From NCBI GenBank assembly GCA_038046645.1, contig JBBSVU010000006.1:169196-193977 (forward strand): a stretch of DNA of 24,782 nucleotides. The letters run 5' to 3'. The position numbers were made by a program, and so were the translations under genes. Position 1 is the stretch's first letter; every line of letters begins with the position of its first letter. Source of the stretch: an archaeon. GTDB taxonomy: Archaea; Iainarchaeota; Iainarchaeia; Iainarchaeales; 0-14-0-20-34-12. This document shows positions 8,520 to 17,769 of this stretch, one piece after another. The notes below the pieces were generated by a model. That model was not told where the DNA came from. It made no database searches and saw only the letters and a program-made list of their open reading frames with translations.

Positions 8520-10289
8520 TCAGGCGGCCTTGGAACCCCAGCGCATTTGCGAGTAGAAGTAGGATTAATCCACAAAGCAAACAAAGGTGTTTTGTTTATT
8601 GATGAACTTTCTGCATTAACCCCAAAAAGCCAGCAGGAACTTTTAACAGCAATGCAGGAAAAGAAATATTCAATTACAGGGCAAAGTGAAATGTCATCTG
8701 GTAGCATGGTAAGAACCGAGGCAGTGCCTTGTTTTACCCCCAAAACAAAGATTCTTACAGAAAATGGGGAAAAGCCCATTGGTTATTTTGTTGATTCTTT
8801 GATGACTAGTTTTTCAGATTCTGTTGAAATAAGCAATGGTGTAGAAACCCTAAACCTGCCAAAGGATAAATTTTTTGTTTTTGTTGCAAATGATAAATTA
8901 GGCCTATCTGAACTACAAAGAGTTTACCGGAAATCATTTAATGGAAAACTTATTCGTTTGACCTTCGATGATGGGACTGAGATATTAACTACGCCAGAAC
9001 ACCCAATTAAAACAGAAGATAGTTTTGTGAAAGCCAATGAAATTAAGGAAAATACCTTGGTTGAAACAGTGGATTCAATTGTCAATCTCAACAGTAGTAT
9101 AACAACCTATTCTTTGAATAACCAGAGAATGGCATTAACATATTTAAAATGGAAAAAATTTTTTTTACAATCAAATAAATCCAATTATGCTGTTGCAAAG
9201 CAGCTAGGGGTTGATCATAAAGTAGTGGCTAATTGGAAGAATAATGGTGTACCTATGGCTTTGCACTGTGTTAATTGGTTCGAAGCAAAAAATTTGCTGA
9301 ATCTTGCACTGGATGATCCTCGTTTATCTGTTATTGCTAAGTTGTGTGGTGCTTTATTTGGTGATGGGGGAATATCAAAAGAGATGAAGAAAATTTATTT
9401 TTGTACTGATTTCAACAGTCAGCATGATTTGTCTGATTTCAGCAAAGATTTAATTACTGTGTTTGGAGAATCTATCTCTAATAATATAAAAATAAGAAAA
9501 ACCCAAACAAGTAGTGGTGCAGGTTTAGAGCTATCTCTCAATAATGCCTTTGTTGCGAGGTTTTTCAACATACTAGGGGTTCCAAAAGGCGATAAGGTTA
9601 TGCAAGCTTTTGCTGTTCCAAATTGGGTTTATCTTAATAAGAATTTTGAGAAGGAATTCTTTTCTTCCTTAATCTTCTGTGAACTATATGGTAAAATCAG
9701 AAGTAGTCAAGATACGCCAACTTTTGTTATGGCTAAATTACAAAACATAGAGAAAGAGCATGTTTCTTTTTTGAATGAGATTAGAAGTTATTTGATTAAA
9801 AATGGCGTCAAAGTTTCTGAGATTATCAAAGGTAAAGAATATTTTAAATCCATATCTCAAAACAGAGAATTAGCAGCAACTTATTTATTCAAAATAAGGG
9901 GTTTGTATGGAAATATGTTGAAATTTAGCGAGGCAGTTAATGCCTATTATGCTACAACAAAGGGCAAGTTTATTGGTGAACACAATGCAAAAGGAAAAAT
10001 ATTTTTAGAAAATAAGAAGAATTTTGAAAATTTAATGAAACAATCCTTGCATTTGAGAAGTAAAGGCAAAACAATCAGACAATTAGAGGCCATTACTGGC
10101 ATTTCTAAAAATACAATCTTGAAAAATATCGAACCAACATATAAAAAATATTCAGAAGAAGATATGAAAAGAGTTTTCTTTTTACTTGAAAAAGGATTTA
10201 TTTCGAAACAAATCGCTAAAAAACTTATGATGCCCTACCAGACAGTTCTTTACTGGAAAAATAATTATTGGGGTGCTGCTAATGTTTAA
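8397..10289 (+). CDS. lonB: LonB fragment 2: IntC1 (41 aa) - 70-aa Lon segment with Walker B - IntN2 with LAGLIDADG endonuclease (519 aa)
   Basis: Probable start ATG 8397: MQLKTK...[21 protein letters not shown] | [15 protein letters not shown]...VLFIDEL...VRTEAVP | CFTPKTKIL...TTPEHP...GALFGDGGI...stop. Confidence 0.92.
   Translation: MQLKTKNARISSKTKRKFKGHVYNVTTDTGNLFVEDVLVCNSGGLGTPAHLRVEVGLIHKANKGVLFIDELSALTPKSQQELLTAMQEKKYSITGQSEMSSGSMVRTEAVPCFTPKTKILTENGEKPIGYFVDSLMTSFSDSVEISNGVETLNLPKDKFFVFVANDKLGLSELQRVYRKSFNGKLIRLTFDDGTEILTTPEHPIKTEDSFVKANEIKENTLVETVDSIVNLNSSITTYSLNNQRMALTYLKWKKFFLQSNKSNYAVAKQLGVDHKVVANWKNNGVPMALHCVNWFEAKNLLNLALDDPRLSVIAKLCGALFGDGGISKEMKKIYFCTDFNSQHDLSDFSKDLITVFGESISNNIKIRKTQTSSGAGLELSLNNAFVARFFNILGVPKGDKVMQAFAVPNWVYLNKNFEKEFFSSLIFCELYGKIRSSQDTPTFVMAKLQNIEKEHVSFLNEIRSYLIKNGVKVSEIIKGKEYFKSISQNRELAATYLFKIRGLYGNMLKFSEAVNAYYATTKGKFIGEHNAKGKIFLENKKNFENLMKQSLHLRSKGKTIRQLEAITGISKNTILKNIEPTYKKYSEEDMKRVFFLLEKGFISKQIAKKLMMPYQTVLYWKNNYWGAANV
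8730..10286 (+). mobile_element. Split intein 2, N-half with LAGLIDADG endonuclease and HTH-like segments
   Basis: Block [10 protein letters not shown], block [29 protein letters not shown], two C-terminal HTH-like segments; ends without blocks F/G. Confidence 0.85.
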
Positions 10290-10401
10290 TAAATCATTTA
10301 AAAAGGTCATTACGGTAAGCGAAGAACCGTTTATTGGTAATGTTTATAATTTAAAAACAGCAGATGGGACATACATAGCTAATTCAGTAATCGTTCATAA
10401 T
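10282..10401 (+). mobile_element. Split intein 2, C-half (IntC2, 40 aa)
   Basis: Blocks F/G ending in canonical HN followed by Cys+1. Confidence 0.85.
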
Positions 10402-11481
10402 TGCGATTTTGTTCTTGTTGCAGCAGGAAATTACCAGGATTTGGAAAAGGTGCATCCTGCTTTGCGTTCGAGGATCCGCGGCTATGGGTATGAAATTTAT
10501 ATGAATTATGATGTTCCTGATACCGAAGAAAATATTCATAAATTAATTCAGTTTGTTGCACAGGAAGTGAAAAAGGATGGGAAGATTCCGCATTTTTCTA
10601 AGGAAGCTGTTGATGAATTAATTTTAGATGCGCGCAGAAGAGCAAACAGGAAGAACCGCTTAACCCTGCAGTTAAGGGATTTGGGCGGATTGTTGAGGGC
10701 AGCAGGGGATATTGCAATTAAAAAAAAGCATTCTGTTGTCCAAAAGGAAGATCTTTTTGAAGCAAGGATTTCAGCAAAAACCCTGGAGCAGCAAATGGTT
10801 GACAAGATGATTGAGACAAAGAAAGAATATAATGTTTATTTGAGTAAGGGAAGTGCAATTGGCAGGGTAAATGGTTTGGCAGTTACTGGGGATGGATCTG
10901 CAGGATTGATTTTGCCATTAGAAGCAGAAATCACGCCAGCAGCCTCACAGTCTGAAGGGAAAATAATTGCAACAGGAAAATTGGGGGAAATAGCAAAGGA
11001 AGCAGTGCAAAATGTTTCTGCGATAATTAAAAAATTAAGTGGGAAAGATATTACAAAGAATGATTTGCACATTCAGTTTTTGCAAACCTATGAAGGAGTG
11101 GAAGGAGACTCAGCATCAGTTTCTGTTGCCACTGCAATTATTTCCGCTTTGGAAAGCATTCCAGTAAAGCAGGATTTGGCAATGACCGGTTCATTGTCTG
11201 TGCGAGGAGAAGTTTTGCCTGTTGGTGGCATTACATCAAAGATTCAGGCAGCAATACAAGCAGGTTTTTCTGAAGTGATAATTCCAAAATCAAATATGCA
11301 GGATATTGTTTTGCCAAAGAAAGAATTAGATAAAATAAGAATAATCCCAGTATCCTCTCTTACCGAAGTTTTGGATATTGCCTTTGTAAAAGGTGCAAAC
11401 AAAAACAAGCTGATTAAATCATTGAACAAAATAATTTCAATCGCAGCAATTAATTTGCCAATTGCAAAATCAGCTGCTTAA
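10282..11481 (+). CDS. lonB: LonB fragment 3: IntC2 (40 aa) fused to AAA+ lid and Lon protease domain
   Basis: ATG 10282 overlaps the upstream stop and has GGGGTG 6 nt before it; [20 protein letters not shown] | [15 protein letters not shown] (Arg finger), EGDSAS (catalytic Ser), GGITSK (catalytic Lys). Confidence 0.93.
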   Translation: MFNKSFKKVITVSEEPFIGNVYNLKTADGTYIANSVIVHNCDFVLVAAGNYQDLEKVHPALRSRIRGYGYEIYMNYDVPDTEENIHKLIQFVAQEVKKDGKIPHFSKEAVDELILDARRRANRKNRLTLQLRDLGGLLRAAGDIAIKKKHSVVQKEDLFEARISAKTLEQQMVDKMIETKKEYNVYLSKGSAIGRVNGLAVTGDGSAGLILPLEAEITPAASQSEGKIIATGKLGEIAKEAVQNVSAIIKKLSGKDITKNDLHIQFLQTYEGVEGDSASVSVATAIISALESIPVKQDLAMTGSLSVRGEVLPVGGITSKIQAAIQAGFSEVIIPKSNMQDIVLPKKELDKIRIIPVSSLTEVLDIAFVKGANKNKLIKSLNKIISIAAINLPIAKSAA

Positions 11482-11555
11482 TAAGGTTCTCGTTTTTAGA
11501 AAATATAGCTTATTAAATGGCGTGTGCCGTGCTTGCCATTAATTAGGAAATTGCC

Positions 11556-12797
11556 CTAAGCAGTTAAATATATGCGGCCGCTCTTGAAGAAGAAATCCCC
11601 TTCCTTCACATTCAGATTCTTTTCAGCGGTTTCAATAATGATTACATTCTTTTTTTTGTCAATTGCAATCACTTTGCCTTTGAAATTGTCATTTATTGTG
11701 TAAACCGGCAGGTTTACTATAATCGGGCTTATCCTCCTTCTTATATCAACGCTTTCAGTTGCCCTGAATGCAATGAACAATATTACAAACGAGATTAATA
11801 TTGTCAAAAGGAAGAAATTTAAATCACCAATTCCAAGGAAAACCAAGGTGGCGGAATCAATAATCAGCCAGCCTAAAACTGTTGAGACAAAATATAAAAT
11901 ATATTTTCTTAGGTAAAATGCTTTCTTGAAGTGAATCATATCCAAGGATTTTGCGAGTATTATGCAAATGATTGCAAGCACAAAAAACAAGTAGCTGCCC
12001 TGCAAGGCTTTAACCCCATTCTTCAAGACATCGCCTGTGAAAGGTATGTTTGTGGCTGCAGAATAAATCCCAAATATAAATATGAAAATGCTTCCGATAT
12101 AAAACGGGAATGAAACACGTTCAGCAGATATTGATGTTTTGATATTTTTTGTAAACCTACTTAGCATTATTTCAATTCCAAAACCTTTAATTAGTAAGTA
12201 AGCACCAATAACAAATGAAATACCTTGTATAAATAATGCCTGTGCACCCAAAACCAAAGTAATTGCATATATCAAAAGTATTGCACCAGGTATTCCAAAT
12301 ATTACCCTTGCAAAATAAGGATCGCTTAATGTTTCCTTTATGGTAAAGTATAATGATTCAACTTCTTTTGCCTGCTTTACAATAACAAGCTCTTTAGAAA
12401 TTATCTTTGCCCTGCTTTGCAATATGGGGATTATCTGGTCATCCTCAGCACCATCAGTTATCAAAACAAACCCATTGATCTTGTATTTTTCAGCAATCAT
12501 GTCTAACTGTTCATTAATCCTTTTGTCAGAAACAAACCCGGATTTTCCTATGCCTGTTAATGTCACAATTTCAACATGCTTGTAGTGCTCCTTTACCTCA
12601 TCAAATTTTTTTACTGCGGCAAACATTGAATTAGCATCAGCTTCACCAGGGTCGGCCAAGATTAATTTATTTGCGGCATTTAGGTTATTTTCCCTTCCAA
12701 GGATAGGCCCTTCTACGCCTGCCTTCCTTCCAATATCATTGTCTCTGTCAACGCATACGACAAATATATATTCCTTATCTTCAGAAGCCATAACCAT
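11556..12797 (-). CDS. DUF373-family archaeal membrane protein
   Basis: VVCVDRDNDIGRKAG, DPGEADAN, LITDGAEDDQIIPILQSR, VKQAKEVESLY followed by multiple TM helices. Start could be 12791. Confidence 0.85.
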   Translation of the reverse strand: MVMASEDKEYIFVVCVDRDNDIGRKAGVEGPILGRENNLNAANKLILADPGEADANSMFAAVKKFDEVKEHYKHVEIVTLTGIGKSGFVSDKRINEQLDMIAEKYKINGFVLITDGAEDDQIIPILQSRAKIISKELVIVKQAKEVESLYFTIKETLSDPYFARVIFGIPGAILLIYAITLVLGAQALFIQGISFVIGAYLLIKGFGIEIMLSRFTKNIKTSISAERVSFPFYIGSIFIFIFGIYSAATNIPFTGDVLKNGVKALQGSYLFFVLAIICIILAKSLDMIHFKKAFYLRKYILYFVSTVLGWLIIDSATLVFLGIGDLNFFLLTILISFVILFIAFRATESVDIRRRISPIIVNLPVYTINDNFKGKVIAIDKKKNVIIIETAEKNLNVKEGDFFFKSGRIYLTA

Positions 12798-13009
12798 CAA
12801 ATCATGTTACTTAGCGTAATTCTCCTATTACTATCTATTTTAGGGCAACTTATATATATAAATTTACTCAGTACAATATTATAGTATTAGGCATTGCAAT
12901 ATTTATCAAGTGATGCCAAGCAGCATAATGCCAACATTTATCAAATATATAACATATTTGTTTTATGTGTACATAGTAAAAATAAGCCATTTTAGGTAAA
13001 GGTGTTTTT

Positions 13010-14011
13010 TTGAGTTCTGAAAAAAAGCAAAAGCAGGGCATTTTTTTATTAATTCTGATAGCCATGCTGCTTTTTTTCGTAATAGGATTGTTTTTCTATA
13101 AAGATTTGATTGAACAATGGCCATGGCTTGCCCTTCTTTCATTGTTTTTAATAGCTATCTGGAGATTTGATTTCCTAATAACACTTAAGGATTATGAACG
13201 TGCAATTGTTTTCAGGTTTGGCAAGGTAAATAGGGTTGGAGGCCCTGGCTGGATTTTTATTCTTCCGCCAGTAGAGTCTTTTACTAAAGTTGATTTAAGA
13301 ACTAAAACTACGGATGTTCCAAAGCAAGATGTGATTACAAAGGATTCAATCGAAGTAAGGATTGATGCCATACTTTATTTGAGAATTAAAAAAGACCCAC
13401 AGTCAATAATAAAATCAGTTATTGAGGTTGAGGATTATAATTTAGCAGCACAGAATTTCATCATGGCTGCATTGAGGAATAAGATTGGAAATATGCTTTT
13501 ATCCGACGTAATTGCCAACATAAACAGCCTTAATGAAGAATTGGCCCATGAGTTGAAATTGCTGATTGAAGGCTGGGGCCTAGATGTTGTTGATGTTGAA
13601 ATAAAGGAAGTGCAGATTCCAAGAAAGATAATTGAGGCTATGCACGATGAAAAGGCAGCAGTGCAGGAAAAGCTTGCAAGGATGGAAAGGGCCAAAGCGC
13701 AGGCAGAAGAGATTAATGCAGTAAGCGAGGCAACAAAAAGCCTCTCACAAGATACCCTAAATTATTATTACATTAAAGCATTGGAGGAAATGGCCCGCGG
13801 TAAAAGCACAAAATTAATTTTCCCACTTGAAATCAGCAAGATAGTCCATTCTTTAAGTTCCAATATTTCTTCTTCAGATTCCCCTAATTTAAATAATCTG
13901 ATGAAAAATGCCGAACCATACAAGAAGATGCTTCAGGGGTATGTGGAAGATGCTGTTAAAAAGGCCAAGATAGAAGAAAAGAAAAAAGAGATAGACATTG
14001 AAGAAAAATAA
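13010..14011 (+). CDS. SPFH / band 7 (stomatin-like) membrane protein
   Basis: YERAIVFRFGK, GPGWIFILP, VDLRTKTTDVPKQDVITKD, coiled-coil tail; TTG start preceded by AGGTG. Confidence 0.92.
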   Translation: MSSEKKQKQGIFLLILIAMLLFFVIGLFFYKDLIEQWPWLALLSLFLIAIWRFDFLITLKDYERAIVFRFGKVNRVGGPGWIFILPPVESFTKVDLRTKTTDVPKQDVITKDSIEVRIDAILYLRIKKDPQSIIKSVIEVEDYNLAAQNFIMAALRNKIGNMLLSDVIANINSLNEELAHELKLLIEGWGLDVVDVEIKEVQIPRKIIEAMHDEKAAVQEKLARMERAKAQAEEINAVSEATKSLSQDTLNYYYIKALEEMARGKSTKLIFPLEISKIVHSLSSNISSSDSPNLNNLMKNAEPYKKMLQGYVEDAVKKAKIEEKKKEIDIEEK

Positions 14012-14056
14012 TTGCCAAATTTCAAAAGATTTGTTTCATTGCCGCTAAATAATCAC

Positions 14057-14196
14057 TGAAGCTCCACAGGTGCGCGGAAGCCGCACCATTTATGGTGCGG
14101 AGGAGCGCACCTGTTTGTTATTTTTTCTTGCATAGGCTTCCGCCTAAAGCCTATTGTGAATATGAGAAGCCACAGGCTTTAGCCTGTGGAGCTTCA
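14057..14196. repeat. Small non-coding palindromic element, IS200/IS605-end-like
   Basis: 14-bp inverted repeat TGAAGCTCCACAGG (14057-14070) / CCTGTGGAGCTTCA (14183-14196) enclosing GC-rich hairpins, including two GAAGCC-stem-TTTA-stem-GGAG units. Confidence 0.6.
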
Positions 14197-14222
14197 CTTC
14201 AAATCTATAGAGTAACTGCTTA

Positions 14223-15194
14223 TTATAATTCGAACTTCGGTTTTGGCTCGTAATGGTAGGATTCCTTTTTCCTGATGCCTATTATGAATAACACTATCCC
14301 AATAATATATGCCGCAGAAAGATATGTTGGAATTTCCTGATTTCCTATAATTATGTTGGCTTCAATGATTGCCCCGACAAGTATGCTTATGAAAGCAAGC
14401 AAGGCGAATATTAATACTTCAACAATCATATGAACAGCAACAATTTTTTTCATCCTGTGCCTTACTATCATTGCAGAAAATAATCCGCCAGCAATTGCAG
14501 CGCTAAAATATCCTATAAATTCAGGAATGCCATGTGGTAAAAACCCTAAAAATGCAAAGTGCTGCACAGTATTTAAGCGTTCGGCAATAGCTATTGCAAC
14601 AACCGAGGAATTCCAGCTTATCAGGAAAATAGCCCCTGAACCATATAATACTGAGAACAGTATTGCAAAAACCATGACTGTAAGGTTATTGACAAAAATA
14701 GTGTCAAACCAGCATCCTGAACTTGCCCCACAACTTGCGAATGCAGTAACATCTCCGGTTAATTTTGCCCTTAGGCTTTCAATTCCCTTTAATGTTTTCA
14801 TTTGCTCTGAAAAGAATAATTCTTTTGAAATATCATTAATGCACATGTCTTTAGTAATGCAAACAGTTGTGCTTTGGTCAGGCAATATTGCATACCACGC
14901 AATAAAACTCAAAATTGTCCCCAAAGAGAGGAAAACATATATTGCAATAAGATAGCGGTGTATCACTAATTTATTTTCCAGGCGTTCCTGTATATGCTCT
15001 GCTTCAACAAATATTTTGTAAAATATTGGGACCATGCCAATTGCGATAAATGCTATTGCCAAAATGCTTGTGTGCGAAGGGAAAGTGAAATATGCAGTCC
15101 ATAAGGCAACCGAGCTTATTATAAATGAGAATATTGTCATTAGGATTGCGTGCCTCCTTAATGACCTTGTTGACAATAAGTTTTCGACTACCAT
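14223..15194 (-). CDS. Stage II sporulation protein M (SpoIIM)-like membrane protein
   Basis: Multi-TM protein with IFVNNLTV, SWNSSV and LPHGIPEF motifs. Confidence 0.8.
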   Translation of the reverse strand: MVVENLLSTRSLRRHAILMTIFSFIISSVALWTAYFTFPSHTSILAIAFIAIGMVPIFYKIFVEAEHIQERLENKLVIHRYLIAIYVFLSLGTILSFIAWYAILPDQSTTVCITKDMCINDISKELFFSEQMKTLKGIESLRAKLTGDVTAFASCGASSGCWFDTIFVNNLTVMVFAILFSVLYGSGAIFLISWNSSVVAIAIAERLNTVQHFAFLGFLPHGIPEFIGYFSAAIAGGLFSAMIVRHRMKKIVAVHMIVEVLIFALLAFISILVGAIIEANIIIGNQEIPTYLSAAYIIGIVLFIIGIRKKESYHYEPKPKFEL

Positions 15195-15418
15195 AGATAT
15201 TAGCTAGGGCAAACCCTATATATTTATTACTTTCTATGGAAATATTTTGTTATATTGGAGCATAACTGAGGAAAATTGGTATTTTTTGGCCTATAGTAAA
15301 GGACATAACTATTTGGCTATAATATAATCCTTTACTATCTAGCAAAAGACAATAAAAGTCTCAAAATTAAAGTCTTTTGCTATAATTTATAGTATTTTTT
15401 ATATCAAAAGGTGAATTA

Positions 15419-15976
15419 ATGGATAAAGACATTGTAATCCCAGGGGAATTCATTGCATATGAGGAGGAATTCCTAGAAGGGAAGAATACAGTAAATGCAG
15501 ACGGCAGGATATATTCCACAACATTGGGAACTTTAGATGTTGATGAGAAAAACCGCTTGGTAAATGTTAAAAAAGCTAGGGATATAGAAAAGTTGAAGGT
15601 TGGCGCAGTCATAACTGGGACAGTTGCCTTTGTAAGGGACAATGTTGTTTCAATAAGGATGGCAGAAGCCCATGATGGAAAAACAAAATTAGTATTGTCA
15701 TCAGGAAGCGCATTCCTTAAGGTTTCAAATGTAAGCACTTCTTACATTGAATCATTAAAGCAGCATTTTAAAATAGGCGATATTGTGCAAGCAGTTGTCA
15801 CCGAAATTAAGCCGTTTGGCATACAACTAAGGACAAACGACCCTAATTTAGGGGTAGTAAAAGCATTTTGTTCAAAATGCAGGTCAGCAATGCACTTAAG
15901 CCACGAAAAATTACAATGCTTAAATTGCGGGAGTGTTGAGCTAAGAAAGTTAAGCAGCGAATATGCAGTAAAGTAA
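15419..15976 (+). CDS. csl4: Exosome RNA-binding subunit Csl4
   Basis: VIPGEFIAYEEEF N-terminus, S1 domain (FKIGDIVQAVV), LGVVKAFCSKC...CLNCG...RKLS zinc ribbon; upstream of rpoL. Confidence 0.92.
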   Translation: MDKDIVIPGEFIAYEEEFLEGKNTVNADGRIYSTTLGTLDVDEKNRLVNVKKARDIEKLKVGAVITGTVAFVRDNVVSIRMAEAHDGKTKLVLSSGSAFLKVSNVSTSYIESLKQHFKIGDIVQAVVTEIKPFGIQLRTNDPNLGVVKAFCSKCRSAMHLSHEKLQCLNCGSVELRKLSSEYAVK

Positions 15977-16017
15977 TTATTCTTATGCTTTGATTAATAA
16001 AAAAGAGAGGTGTTATT

Positions 16018-16290
16018 TTGAAAATACAGGTTTTGAATCACGATAAAAATGTGCTCGAATTCAGGATGCTTGGGGAAAGGCACACATTGCCTCAATTGCT
16101 CAAGACAGAACTGCTTTCGAATTCAGATGTGGAATTTGTATCCTATAGGTTGGAACATCCAACAGATGACGATTCATTATTTATTTTAAAAACAAAAAAA
16201 GCAGACCCAAAGAAAGTGCTGCTTGAAACATGTAAGGATGTAACAAAGGAGTTAGACAGCTTTGAGGATGCAGTAAAATCCTTGAAGTAA
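16018..16290 (+). CDS. rpoL: RNA polymerase subunit L (Rpo11)
   Basis: GERHTLPQLLK, FVSYRLEHP motifs; TTG start with GAGGTG SD. Confidence 0.93.
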   Translation: MKIQVLNHDKNVLEFRMLGERHTLPQLLKTELLSNSDVEFVSYRLEHPTDDDSLFILKTKKADPKKVLLETCKDVTKELDSFEDAVKSLK

Positions 16291-16317
16291 TCCCTTTTTA
16301 CTTATTTATTTGATGTT

Positions 16318-16878
16318 ATGCCTAGCAAGATTCGGGCTATTGCAATAGATGATGGCTATTTTGAAAAAGGTAAATCTAAAACTACGAAATTAATAGGCAT
16401 AATCTGCCGTTCTGATTCTCAGGTAGAAGGCATTTTATCAAAAGATATAGAAATAGATGCATTGGATGCAGCTGATTTGATAGCAAATATGGTGAAAAAA
16501 TCAAAATTTTCTGACCAAGTAAGGTACATCTTCCTTTCAGGCCTGAATTTTGCAGGCTTTAATATTGTTGATTTGCAGGAACTTTATTCTAAATTAAAGA
16601 TTCCAATCATAGTTATCCTAAAGAAGAAGCCAGATTTGCATAAAATAAATTTAGCATTAACCAGATTTGCTGATTTTGATAAAAGAATTGATTTAATTAA
16701 AAAAGCAGGAAAATTATATTCATACAAAAAAATATATTACCAAAAGATAGGCCTGGACGATAAGCAAGCGCAACATATAATAGGTGCTTTTACATATACA
16801 TCTAACATCCCTGAGCCAGTAAGGCTAGCACATATTATTGCTTCAGGCCTTACCTTGGGTGAAAGCACAAGGCCTTAA
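16318..16878 (+). CDS. DUF99 family protein (endonuclease V-like)
   Basis: IAIDDGYF, GLNFAGFNIVD, IPEPVRLAHIIASG; usual position after rpoL. Confidence 0.88.
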   Translation: MPSKIRAIAIDDGYFEKGKSKTTKLIGIICRSDSQVEGILSKDIEIDALDAADLIANMVKKSKFSDQVRYIFLSGLNFAGFNIVDLQELYSKLKIPIIVILKKKPDLHKINLALTRFADFDKRIDLIKKAGKLYSYKKIYYQKIGLDDKQAQHIIGAFTYTSNIPEPVRLAHIIASGLTLGESTRP

Positions 16879-16879
16879 A

Positions 16880-17734
16880 ATGACGAAACACAATAATCCT
16901 AAAATTCAGAGGAAAAGTATTTCTGATAATAAACAAGAACCCAAAATCAAATCATTGAAGCAGAGGCTTGCATTTTTGCGATGGCTTGACCCATTTACCT
17001 ATGTTGATATTTTTATACTCCCAAAAATAAATCCTAGCGAGAATAAAACAATTACAAATATTATCTATGTTATTTCAGCATTCATCTTTGCGTTTGCATT
17101 TTATTCCTTGTTCGGTTTTTTGCTTTCCACAAATTATCCTGCAACAGTTGTTCTTTCAGGGAGCATGGAGCCAGTTTTTTACCGTGGCGATATTTTAATT
17201 GTTCAGGGTATTTCAGCAGAAACACTTATTGCGCCAGAAATCTCTTTAGATATTGAATCACTTGAAAATGTTTCAACATTTTTTTATGCTAATGGTTACT
17301 GCTCTTTAACCGGAAGCACTTCCCCAGTAAAATGTTTGCAATTATTAAATCCTGTGCTTGCGAATAAAATTTCCCTAGGCAATTTTACCACTAATGAAAT
17401 AAGGTTTTCTGATGGCAGGGTTCTGCCAATTGAAACATCTGGTGACATTGTCATTTACTATTCAAAGCTGCAGAACAAGGAGATTGTCCACAGGGCTGTG
17501 GCAAAAATAAAAGCAAAAGACGGCATTTATGTCCTTACAAAAGGTGACTCAAAGCAAAATCCATTTATAGATCAGGAAGGCGGGATTGTGGAATACGCAA
17601 TAAATGTAAATGACCTTTACGGAAAGGTAATTTTCAAGATTCCGCTTTTGGGCTATGTAAAGCTTTTGCTTCTTGATGATCCTATGCAGTTAATAAAAGG
17701 CTGTTATCTGACAAACACTTGCGTTCTTCCATAG
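16880..17734 (+). CDS. Signal peptidase I (S26, Sec11-type)
   Basis: TM anchor then VVLSGSMEP (Ser), RGD, IVHR (His), TKGD, GKV..KIP.LGY. Start ATG 16880. Confidence 0.9.
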   Translation: MTKHNNPKIQRKSISDNKQEPKIKSLKQRLAFLRWLDPFTYVDIFILPKINPSENKTITNIIYVISAFIFAFAFYSLFGFLLSTNYPATVVLSGSMEPVFYRGDILIVQGISAETLIAPEISLDIESLENVSTFFYANGYCSLTGSTSPVKCLQLLNPVLANKISLGNFTTNEIRFSDGRVLPIETSGDIVIYYSKLQNKEIVHRAVAKIKAKDGIYVLTKGDSKQNPFIDQEGGIVEYAINVNDLYGKVIFKIPLLGYVKLLLLDDPMQLIKGCYLTNTCVLP

Positions 17735-17769
17735 GAAGGTTTAAAATAATAAATCAGCAATTGTTTTGT

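Noticed and set aside
10270..10295. Programmed ribosomal frameshift joining ORF B and ORF C
   Set aside because: A +1 shift would be needed and I see no recognisable shift signal; an SD-like sequence and overlapping ATG/stop favour reinitiation.
5097..11481. lonB as a decayed pseudogene
   Set aside because: No stop or frameshift falls in Lon-coding sequence, all catalytic motifs are intact, both breaks lie inside inteins at split-intein-like positions, and the downstream pieces have plausible starts. Not formally excluded without reads or proteomics.
14057..14196. tRNA gene
   Set aside because: GC-rich and structured, but no cloverleaf or T-loop GTTC motif.
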